Assembly (NCBI GenBank): GCA_007132685.1 | Contig: SLOC01000057.1 | Location: forward strand, 1-30,066 | From: Candidatus Saccharimonadota bacterium | Lineage (GTDB): Bacteria; Patescibacteriota; Saccharimonadia; Saccharimonadales; SLHW01 | Reading direction: 5' to 3' | DNA: 30,066 nucleotides | Shown: one piece after another, positions 16,588 to 24,294 of the stretch | How positions within the stretch are numbered: the stretch's first letter is position 1 | Layout of the letters: each line of letters starts with the position of its first letter | The notes under the pieces: model-generated | Database searches by the model: none | What the model was told of the DNA's origin: nothing | Seen by the model: the letters and a program-made list of their open reading frames with translations, nothing else | Program-made: the position numbers and the translations under genes

Positions 16588-17799
16588 ATGAAAACAAAAA
16601 AGGAACTACTCGCTGTTTTACGTCGTCGCCTCACTACGGCTGTGCTTATAGGCGCAGTTGCTGCCATTGGCTTAAGTAGTTCGTTGAGTGTGTTCGGGCA
16701 AGGCTTACAGGAGCTGCAGTCGGAGTCTGCCGATATTTCTTCTGAGATGCAGGAAGCGAGCGAGGAGGTGGTGCGACTCCGTGATCAAGCTACTGACCTA
16801 GAAGAGGCGATTGAGGAGCTTGATGAGCAAATCGAGGAATCAGACAAGGAGATCAAGCGCATCAGCAAGGCCATCGATGAACTGCAGGAAGAGCTCGACG
16901 AAGCCCAGAAGCACCTCGAAGCGCAGCAAGCGCTACTCCGAGCGAATATGCGTACGTTGTATAAACGAGGTGGCGTATCAACCGTTGAGTTGTTAGCGTC
17001 AAGCGAGAGTTTCTCTGAGTTTATCGACGAACAAGAGTATCTTGAGCGCTTAAAAGGAGCGATTCAAGAGTCTACACGGGCGGTGTATGACATTCGGCAG
17101 GCAATAAAACGCCAGCACACCGAGCAACGTGAGTTATTGATTCAGCAAGAAAGCATACAGGAGTCACTCAACGAGCTACGCGAAGAGCGACAGAAGCTGC
17201 TTGATGATAATTTGGATGAACAGCAACGGCTCTGGGAATATACCCAGAACTTGGCGGAGCGACAGCGCCAGATCAACCAAGAGCTCATTCGAATGAGCCA
17301 TGTGGTTACCACTGAAGGAACTGGTAGCTACCCATGGGCAAATGCACTATGCGCATATACTGATTTACCGACTGGTCCCTGCCGACACCCGACAGACAGT
17401 TGGGGCGATTTCGAATGGTATGTTGACGACAAAGACAACCGGCGTGACCAATGGGAGTTTTTCTATCGAAACTGTACCTCGTATGTAGCTTGGAGAAGTG
17501 CGCAGGATGGCTTTGATATCACACCACTTGGACCGGGCAGAAGTGGTTTGGGTGATGCTGGTTCATGGCACACCAATGCTTCGCGGTTCGACGAGTTAAG
17601 TGTTGGCAATGAACCACGTGTTGGCTCGTTTGCGGTGTTTGCCAACGGTCCGTTTGGTCATGTTGCTTATGTCGAGCGAATTGCGGGTGACAGAGTTCTC
17701 GTAAGCGAGTATAATTTGTTCGGCGACGGTAAATATTCCGAACGATGGATTCCGAGATATCAGCCAACGGCATACGTCTACACACCTTATTCTCGATAA
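16588..17799 (+). CDS. Secreted coiled-coil plus CHAP-domain peptidoglycan hydrolase (PcsB/CwlO-like architecture)
   Basis: Signal-like N-terminus, long heptad-rich region, CHAP motifs NCTSYVAWR (Cys), GDAGSW, GHVAYVE (His) and VSEYN. Confidence 0.87.
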   Translation: MKTKKELLAVLRRRLTTAVLIGAVAAIGLSSSLSVFGQGLQELQSESADISSEMQEASEEVVRLRDQATDLEEAIEELDEQIEESDKEIKRISKAIDELQEELDEAQKHLEAQQALLRANMRTLYKRGGVSTVELLASSESFSEFIDEQEYLERLKGAIQESTRAVYDIRQAIKRQHTEQRELLIQQESIQESLNELREERQKLLDDNLDEQQRLWEYTQNLAERQRQINQELIRMSHVVTTEGTGSYPWANALCAYTDLPTGPCRHPTDSWGDFEWYVDDKDNRRDQWEFFYRNCTSYVAWRSAQDGFDITPLGPGRSGLGDAGSWHTNASRFDELSVGNEPRVGSFAVFANGPFGHVAYVERIAGDRVLVSEYNLFGDGKYSERWIPRYQPTAYVYTPYSR

Positions 17800-17890
17800 T
17801 AAATAGTTACCTTAGGTAAAGGGGGATTTAGCAGGGTAATGCATAGCAACTACTGGCGCGAGCTGCGCCAAAAAATCAGGCGCTTTTCTA

Positions 17891-17919
17891 TTGCAAACAT
17901 AAGCGCTGCACGATATAAT
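17891..17919 (+). promoter_or_regulatory. Sigma70-type promoter TTGCAA-N17-TATAAT for the M23 gene
   Basis: -35 at 17891-17896 and -10 at 17914-17919; supports the start at ATG 17959. Confidence 0.65.
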
Positions 17920-17958
17920 AGAAACACTCCTTCCAAAACAAAAACATCGGCGAAATAT

Positions 17959-19128
17959 ATGAAAAACCTACTTGCATCGGTCACACCCCTATTTAAGCGG
18001 CAGTTAACATTTGTCGTCATAGCAGGCTTTGTGGTTGGTAGTGGTGCGTCGATTTTGTCGCTACCGGGATTTGGTGGCGCACAAAGTATCAATGAGCTAC
18101 GAGAGCAGACCGAGCAACTTGAGCAAGAGATTGAAGAAACCCAGGAACAGGTAGAAGATCGTCGGCGTGAAGCAGCGAGTCTGGAGCGCACAATCGCCAA
18201 TTATGACAGCCAGATTAGCGCGGCAACCCAGAAGATTAATGAGTTAAACAACGAAATCAACCGCCTAGAGCGCGAACTAGACAAGGCAGAGGTTGAACTG
18301 GAGCGACAGAAAGAGCTGCTCCGGATGAATATGCGTGCGTTGTACCGACGTGGCGGAGCTTCAACAGTTGAGCTGTTGATTGCGAGTGAAAGCTTTTCGG
18401 CATTTATCGACGAACAAGAGTATCTAGAGCGACTAAAAGGTGGCATACAGGATGCGGCCAATGAGGTCATGGCGCTTCAAGAACAAATGGAAGAGCAAAA
18501 AGAAGAGCAGGAAAGCCTGCTTTCACAGCAAGAAGTAGTAAAGGCGAACCTAGCGAGTGCGCGGGCCGATAGAGAGAACTTGCTACAGAAAACTCGCGGT
18601 GAAGAGGCACGATTTAGAGAACTCGTAAAAGAACTTGAAGATATGCGCAGAGAAGCCGAAGCGGCGCTAGCGCGAGCGATAGCTGCTGGCTCCTTCCGTG
18701 AGTCACCGGTTGGTCCGGTATCGGCTGGCGATGGTGTCGGCACAATCGGTAACTCCGGGTTGTCCAGTGGGCCACACTTACACCTAGAGGTTCGTATTAA
18801 TGGATCAGATGTTAATCCAGCGTCCTACATACAGGTTCCAGCGGTGAGTCAGCCGCCGACGTGGGTAAGCCAGGGTTACGGGGTGCGCTCGGGAATTTAT
18901 GCTCGGGGCTATCACCCAGGCATTGACTACGCGGGTCCGATTGGTACACCGATTCGAGCAATTGATAGCGGTATGTTGTATCGTGGCTGCTCGAATGATC
19001 TTTTAGGTACCTCGGGTAATCCGTATGGCTACGTAGCAATCGTTGAGCACAATAATGGCGCCGTAAGTATATACGCGCACATGGATGGTGGCCCTCCAGC
19101 TTGTAGTGGCACCATCTCTCCGTGGTAG
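17959..19128 (+). CDS. Secreted coiled-coil plus circularly permuted M23 metallopeptidase (start placed at ATG 17959)
   Basis: Signal-like N-terminus and coiled coil. GNSGLSSGPHLHLEVR comes before HPGID and YAHM. Confidence 0.85.
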   Translation: MKNLLASVTPLFKRQLTFVVIAGFVVGSGASILSLPGFGGAQSINELREQTEQLEQEIEETQEQVEDRRREAASLERTIANYDSQISAATQKINELNNEINRLERELDKAEVELERQKELLRMNMRALYRRGGASTVELLIASESFSAFIDEQEYLERLKGGIQDAANEVMALQEQMEEQKEEQESLLSQQEVVKANLASARADRENLLQKTRGEEARFRELVKELEDMRREAEAALARAIAAGSFRESPVGPVSAGDGVGTIGNSGLSSGPHLHLEVRINGSDVNPASYIQVPAVSQPPTWVSQGYGVRSGIYARGYHPGIDYAGPIGTPIRAIDSGMLYRGCSNDLLGTSGNPYGYVAIVEHNNGAVSIYAHMDGGPPACSGTISPW

Positions 19129-19211
19129 CTTGTCTTTGAGCTACTGTAGAAGTTGCAAAACATTCTTAACTTTCCAAATCGCTTCTGTATAATGGGGTGG
19201 TCGGAGGATAT

Positions 19212-20444
19212 ATGAAGTCAGGTGATACAAAAAAAGAACCTCGCAAAGATAGTGATTCGACCTCTCGCCCGAAGTGGTCTTGGCGTCAAATAGGGATTGC
19301 AGCTGCCATCTTTTTCGTTGGTGCTGCGTTTGGATTTGGACTGCACGACAGTCCATTGCTTGACCGTCCAGCTGCGCCAGAGCATGAAGCACTGCCTCGT
19401 AGCCTTGATTATTCGAGCGTAGATGAAGTCTACGATTCGCTTAGAGAAAACTTTGACGGTGAGCTGTCAATCGAGGAATTACTTGATGGGCTCAAGCGTG
19501 GGCTCGCGCAAGCAACTGGTGATCCATACACTGAGTACTTAAACCCTGATGCCAGTCAGGAATTTGATGATGATTTAAGCGGTACTTTTAGTGGCATCGG
19601 AGCTGAACTGGGGCGTGATGATGAAAACGTTATTATTGTGGCACCGTTGAGCGGCTTTCCTGCAGAGGACGCAGGGCTGCAGTCGAGAGACGTGATACTG
19701 CAGGTCGATGGCGAGTCAGTAGCCGGCAAATCAATTACTGAAGTGGTTCAGAAGATTCGTGGCGAAGTCGGCACGGACGTCACCCTAACGGTTGCGCGGG
19801 ACTTTGAGCGACTAGAATTTACCATTACTCGCGAAACGATTACTATTCCGAGTGTTGAATTTGAGATTCTCGATGACAACATCGGCTATCTGGATGTTAG
19901 TCGTTTTGGCGATGATACGGTGCAGCTGGTCCGTCGCGCCTACCAAGACTTTATGACTGTTGGCGTGGATGGCATCATACTTGATTTGCGAACTAATCCG
20001 GGAGGACTCTTAAATGTGTCTGTCGAGTTAGCCGACTTGTGGTTGCCGCGAGGTGCGGTGGTTGTAGAAGAGCGAAGAGCTGGCGAGGTTGTCAATACAC
20101 TAGATTCACGAAGTGACCCACTTATTGAAGGTATTCCGACGGTTGTGCTTGTGAATGAGGCAAGCGCGAGCGCGAGCGAGATTGTGGCTGGTGCGCTGAG
20201 TGATCACGGGGTGGCGACGGTTATCGGGGCAACGACATTCGGTAAGGGAAGTGTGCAACAGTTGGATCGGTTACGTTCTGGTGGCACGCTTAAGGTCACT
20301 GTCGCTCGTTGGCACACGCCGGATGGTCTCAATATTGACCAAGAAGGCATCAAGCCGGATATCGAAGTTGAGCGTACACAAGAAGACTTTGAAGCAGAGC
20401 GAGACCCGCAACTTGAGCGCGCTGTTGAGGAATTGACAAGATAA
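19212..20444 (+). CDS. S41 family C-terminal processing protease with PDZ domain (CtpA/CtpB-like); start placed at ATG 19212
   Basis: TM anchor, GDPYTEYL, FSGIGAEL (PDZ), LDLRTNPGG, SASASEIVAG (Ser), TFGKGSVQ (Lys), GIKPD. GGAGG at 19203-19207. Confidence 0.93.
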   Translation: MKSGDTKKEPRKDSDSTSRPKWSWRQIGIAAAIFFVGAAFGFGLHDSPLLDRPAAPEHEALPRSLDYSSVDEVYDSLRENFDGELSIEELLDGLKRGLAQATGDPYTEYLNPDASQEFDDDLSGTFSGIGAELGRDDENVIIVAPLSGFPAEDAGLQSRDVILQVDGESVAGKSITEVVQKIRGEVGTDVTLTVARDFERLEFTITRETITIPSVEFEILDDNIGYLDVSRFGDDTVQLVRRAYQDFMTVGVDGIILDLRTNPGGLLNVSVELADLWLPRGAVVVEERRAGEVVNTLDSRSDPLIEGIPTVVLVNEASASASEIVAGALSDHGVATVIGATTFGKGSVQQLDRLRSGGTLKVTVARWHTPDGLNIDQEGIKPDIEVERTQEDFEAERDPQLERAVEELTR

Positions 20445-20506
20445 CTGCTTGCACGAAGGTAAAATTGCAGGTAGCATACATACGTATATAACGGAGAGGG
20501 AAAGCG

Positions 20507-22120
20507 GTGGCAAAACAACCGACTAAGTATGTTTTTGTAACTGGTGGCGTGTTATCTGGACTCGGCAAGGGTATCACCGCTGCCTCCATCGGCAACCTTC
20601 TGAAAGCTCGTGGACTAAAAGTAAATATTCAAAAGTGTGACCCATATCTGAATGTTGATGCCGGCACGCTTAACCCGGCAGAACACGGTGAGTGCTTCGT
20701 GACGGTCGATGGCGCTGAGACCGACCTTGATCTCGGGCACTACGAACGATTTCTAGATCAAGAGTTGACGCAGGCAAGTAGCTTGATGAGCGGACGAGTG
20801 TTACGCAACGTCATAACCGGTGAACGTGAAGGTAAATATCTCGGTAAAACAGTACAATTCATCCCGCATGTCACTGATGCGATTCAGCATGAAATCCAAA
20901 AAGCTGCCAAGGGTTATGACGTGCACATTGTTGAGATCGGTGGCACTGTCGGCGACTATGAGGGTTTGAGTTTTCTCGAGGCGATTAGAGAGCTGTCATT
21001 TCAGGTTGGACAAGAGAATAGTCTGTTCGTACATGTGGTGTACATTCCGTATCTCGGAGCCAGCAAGGAGTTTAAAACCAAGCCAGCACAAAATGCCGTA
21101 CGCGATTTGCGAGGGCTCGGAGTTAGTCCGGACATTTTAGTGGTCAGAAGTGAGGATAGTGCCGATGAAGCAGTGGTTAATAAATTGAGCCTGTTCTCTG
21201 GCGTGTATCCAGATTCAATTGCATTACTGCCGAATGCACGTTCAATCTACGAGGTGCCTATAACACTGGAAGATACAAACATTGGCAAGGTTATTACCGA
21301 AAAACTCCACGTAAAAACTAAGCGACCCAATCTTTCATCTTGGCGTTCTGTCGTCGAGCGAGCTACTACTGACTATAAGCGAACGGTTACCGTAGGTCTG
21401 GTTGCTAAGTATCTTGATAATCAAGACACTTATATGTCGGTTGTAGAAGCGCTGCAATCAGCCGCTATGTGGAACGATACGAATATTAAGATTCGTTGGA
21501 TTGATGCTGAGCGAATAGATGGGCGACGGCCTGTTTCCCGATCGGTGGCTGGCTGTGACGGCATTGTAGTGCCTGGTGGTTTTGGCGTGCGTGCACTAGA
21601 CGGCAAGATACGCACTGCACAGTATGCGCTTAGGCAACATCTACCGTACTTGGGTATATGTCTAGGATTGCAGATGGCGGTTGTCGCGGCGGCTCGTAAT
21701 AGTGGTGTTGAAGAGGCAACGACAGCTGAAGTCGATCCTGAAGCAAAACACTTGGTAATCAACACTATGCTTGATCAGCGAGGCAAAGAAAACACGGGTG
21801 GAACCATGCGACTTGGGAATTATGCATGCGAACTGGAGAAGGATTCACGGGTTGCCAAGCTGTACGGCAAACGGCGGATTGACGAGCGCCACCGTCATCG
21901 ATACGAGTGTAATAATGACTATCGTGACCAATATGAGTCATGGGGAATCCGACCGGTTGGCATCAATCCGGACAAAGACTTAGTAGAGGTGATAGAGGGC
22001 GTAGACCACCCGTTCTTTGTCGCTAGCCAGTTTCACCCGGAGTTTACGTCACGTCCGAATCGACCACACCCGCTATTTGATGGATTCATAAAGTCACTGC
22101 TTGCAGAGCAGAAGAAATAG
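20507..22120 (+). CDS. pyrG: CTP synthase
   Basis: KYVFVTGGVLSGLGKG, DPYLNVDAGT, EFKTKPAQ, VPGGFG, GICLGLQ, RHRHRYE, SQFHPEF. GTG start. Confidence 0.98.
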   Translation: MAKQPTKYVFVTGGVLSGLGKGITAASIGNLLKARGLKVNIQKCDPYLNVDAGTLNPAEHGECFVTVDGAETDLDLGHYERFLDQELTQASSLMSGRVLRNVITGEREGKYLGKTVQFIPHVTDAIQHEIQKAAKGYDVHIVEIGGTVGDYEGLSFLEAIRELSFQVGQENSLFVHVVYIPYLGASKEFKTKPAQNAVRDLRGLGVSPDILVVRSEDSADEAVVNKLSLFSGVYPDSIALLPNARSIYEVPITLEDTNIGKVITEKLHVKTKRPNLSSWRSVVERATTDYKRTVTVGLVAKYLDNQDTYMSVVEALQSAAMWNDTNIKIRWIDAERIDGRRPVSRSVAGCDGIVVPGGFGVRALDGKIRTAQYALRQHLPYLGICLGLQMAVVAAARNSGVEEATTAEVDPEAKHLVINTMLDQRGKENTGGTMRLGNYACELEKDSRVAKLYGKRRIDERHRHRYECNNDYRDQYESWGIRPVGINPDKDLVEVIEGVDHPFFVASQFHPEFTSRPNRPHPLFDGFIKSLLAEQKK

Positions 22121-22136
22121 TACTATCATAAGCTCT

Positions 22137-22523
22137 ATGGAAGAACAGACAAATCAGAAGAAGGTGCTACTAGTTGAAGATGACGATGCGCTGGCGAGTG
22201 TGTATGAGACTCGTTTGCAAGCAGAAGGGTTTGACTTACGACGTGTGCCGAATGGCGAGGACGCATTGGCCGCTGCGCTTGAGTACAAACCAGATTTGAT
22301 TTTGCTTGATGTCATGATGCCTAAAGTCAGTGGATTTGACGTATTGGACATCTTGCGTAATACGCCAGAAACAGCGAACGTAAAGGTGATTATGCTCACC
22401 GCACTGAGTCAGGACACTGACCGCGAACGCGCTGAAAGTCTCGGCGTAGATGATTACTTAGTGAAGTCCCAAGTTGTTATCTCTGATGTCGTGGACAAAA
22501 TTCGCGAACACCTAAACGCATAG
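22137..22523 (+). CDS. Stand-alone response regulator receiver protein (start placed at ATG 22137)
   Basis: VLLVEDD, PDLILLDVMMP (phospho-Asp), MLTA, DDYLVKS. No output domain. Confidence 0.9.
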   Translation: MEEQTNQKKVLLVEDDDALASVYETRLQAEGFDLRRVPNGEDALAAALEYKPDLILLDVMMPKVSGFDVLDILRNTPETANVKVIMLTALSQDTDRERAESLGVDDYLVKSQVVISDVVDKIREHLNA

Positions 22524-22576
22524 CCTTACAATAACCAAATTACAGGTAGCAAACAACAGGCTACCAGTAGTGTATA

Positions 22577-22605
22577 TTGACAAAAACTCAAATTAATGCT
22601 AATAT
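22577..22605 (+). promoter_or_regulatory. Near-consensus sigma70 promoter TTGACA-N17-TAATAT with extended TG
   Basis: TTGACA at 22577-22582, TG at 22597-22598, TAATAT at 22600-22605; upstream of three small ORFs. Confidence 0.65.
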
Positions 22606-22636
22606 CTATTGCTAAGACCCCCTTAAAATAAATACT

Positions 22637-23002
22637 ATGAATAAATCATCGGAACAAGGACCGCTACCACCCCCAGAAGAGCCTAAGCTATCGATTAGCC
22701 AACAGGCTCCGGAGTCTAGTTTATGGGGCGCCGACAATCTCGTCGACGAGGCAGAAAGACGCGCTGCAGGCGCAGGTCATGCCGCAGCCGGTGACACTCT
22801 CGAGGGTGATGAACGAGTCTCTGCCAGTCAGCTTGATGAAGTAAGGGCAATCGCTGCTGGTGAAGCCGCTGCTCGCAGTGATGGTAGTGAGCGGGATTCC
22901 TTTCCTGAATTGACGGCGCAAGTTGAGCGAGACGGTGCACTCCACGGGAAAGATAAAGATATAGTAGGCTGGATTGCTCGTGGAATTACTCGAAACAAGT
23001 AG
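22637..23002 (+). CDS. Hypothetical protein, acidic, likely largely disordered
   Basis: 121-aa ORF filling the gap after a clear promoter; no recognisable motif. Confidence 0.6.
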   Translation: MNKSSEQGPLPPPEEPKLSISQQAPESSLWGADNLVDEAERRAAGAGHAAAGDTLEGDERVSASQLDEVRAIAAGEAAARSDGSERDSFPELTAQVERDGALHGKDKDIVGWIARGITRNK

Positions 23003-23019
23003 CCGAGCTAAGGAAATTT

Positions 23020-23325
23020 ATGAGCGAAGCAGATAAACCAAGTAATGAGATTCCATATGATGAGAGTGGGCACACGCTTTCTGCAGGGGTGCGACGTGCT
23101 GAGGCAAAAATTGCTGATGATATCGCAAACCAACCAACGTCAGACGTAATAAACCACGGACACTATGATATTGCTGACCATCCGATAGTTACCGGAGAGA
23201 GGTCGCTCCATCAGAGGGCGCTTGAGCGTGCTGGCCAAGTTGGTCGTGCTATTGTTAGATATGTCGGGGAAGCCGATAGGACTACAGGACTGCAAACTTG
23301 GAGCCCAAAGCAGAAGGACAAATAA
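23020..23325 (+). CDS. Hypothetical protein
   Basis: 101-aa ORF with AAGGA upstream; no recognisable motif. Confidence 0.6.
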   Translation: MSEADKPSNEIPYDESGHTLSAGVRRAEAKIADDIANQPTSDVINHGHYDIADHPIVTGERSLHQRALERAGQVGRAIVRYVGEADRTTGLQTWSPKQKDK

Positions 23326-23374
23326 GAAGGTATTTACATAAACCCTTCATATCAGTATCAAGGATCATCAAACT

Positions 23375-23773
23375 ATGCCTGAACATCTACTTCCACCATC
23401 ATCTGAACACAACGAAGGGCAATCATCTAACCCACTTGATGGGTTGAGGCCAGTGCCAAATGTCGACGTCGCAGATATAAGCAGCATTGAGGCGGCGCAA
23501 AAGGTAGTTCGACGTAATCTCAAGCTCCCGCCTATGCGGCACATCGGAGAATGTTATGGGCGCATTACGACCCTTGAAAGGGTTATTCAGGAAACAGATG
23601 GACTAACAGATGATGTATCCGTCCAGGCGAATCTGACTGCTCAGACACAAGTGCGAAGCATTCTGAGCAACATTCAAGAGACTTACGGAGAAGACGCACT
23701 CTGGCGTTATCGTAGTTTGCTTGATAAAAAAGCGGAGTTAGCCGCTGTACGCCAAGAACTGATACAGAGCTAA
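23375..23773 (+). CDS. Hypothetical protein with disordered N-terminus and helical C-terminus
   Basis: 132-aa ORF convergent with rpmA; no recognisable motif. Confidence 0.6.
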   Translation: MPEHLLPPSSEHNEGQSSNPLDGLRPVPNVDVADISSIEAAQKVVRRNLKLPPMRHIGECYGRITTLERVIQETDGLTDDVSVQANLTAQTQVRSILSNIQETYGEDALWRYRSLLDKKAELAAVRQELIQS

Positions 23774-23780
23774 GCGCAGT

Positions 23781-23813
23781 AAAAACGACCGCCCTTAAAG
23801 TTGGGTGAACGTT
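23781..23813 (-). terminator. Possible weak intrinsic terminator downstream of rpmA
   Basis: Imperfect stem (aacg..caccc / gggcg..cgtt on the minus strand) followed by a T run, lying between convergent genes. Confidence 0.3.
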
Positions 23814-23830
23814 ATCTGATAAACCAATAG

Positions 23831-24103
23831 CTATTCGACGACGACTTCGGTGCGGGGAGCTGATTTGCCAGTAAACTTCTTAATCTTACGGTTCTTGTAA
23901 CGAACAGTGCCGTCAGTTTTGGCGTGAATCGTGTAATCACGGCTCATGAAAGTACCTTTACCAGCGCGCTTAGTAGCGCCAGTTTGTCGGACGATTATTT
24001 GGCCGGTCTTGACTGGTTGGCCGCCGTAGAGCTTGATGCCGAGGCGCTTGCCGGCACTGTCCCTGTTATTCTTACTTGAGCCACCTGCTTTTACTTTACT
24101 CAT
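23831..24103 (-). CDS. rpmA: 50S ribosomal protein bL27
   Basis: KAGGSSKNNRDSAGKRLGIK, IIVRQTG, RDYTIHAKTDG. AGGAG SD upstream. Confidence 0.97.
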   Translation of the reverse strand: MSKVKAGGSSKNNRDSAGKRLGIKLYGGQPVKTGQIIVRQTGATKRAGKGTFMSRDYTIHAKTDGTVRYKNRKIKKFTGKSAPRTEVVVE

Positions 24104-24119
24104 TTAGGATTCTCCTGTC

Positions 24120-24267
24120 GCCAAATGCCTGCTTAGATGCGGAGCATCTAACTCCGCATTTGGCTCGTCGCGCCTGCTGCTTCAGCCACTTTCGCTACTC
24201 CCTCGACGTATGCTTGATACGTCTCGGTGCGTTGCGCGTGACTTCATTGCATTCATCGACGCACGAG
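24120..24267. other. Highly palindromic intergenic element upstream of rpmA (structured leader or dispersed palindromic repeat)
   Basis: Stems: 24120-28 with 24156-64 (9 bp), 24133-40 with 24144-51 (8 bp), 24205-11 with 24217-23 (7 bp), and 24223-34 with 24257-67 (bulged). Confidence 0.7.
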
Positions 24268-24294
24268 AACCCTAAACAGTTTTTGACTATTAAA

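Noticed and set aside
17807-17819. Palindrome TTACCT-T-AGGTAA after the CHAP gene
   Set aside because: The 1-nt loop cannot form a terminator hairpin, there is no U-tract and no second copy was seen.
17839-17958. 40-aa N-terminal extension of the M23 protein
   Set aside because: A good promoter lies inside this stretch, and the signal-like sequence begins at ATG 17959.
20465-20506. CTP-sensing reiterative-transcription leader of pyrG as in Bacillus
   Set aside because: The leader is too short for an attenuator, and the putative start reads GGGA, not GGGC.
22545-22565. Hairpin GGTAGC-N9-GCTACC after the receiver gene as a terminator
   Set aside because: Only 6 bp with a long loop and no U-tract.
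24170-24200. SRP (4.5S) RNA, suggested by GAAGCAGC and a GAAA loop on the minus strand
   Set aside because: The CAGG half of the helix-8 symmetric loop and the long terminal stem are missing.
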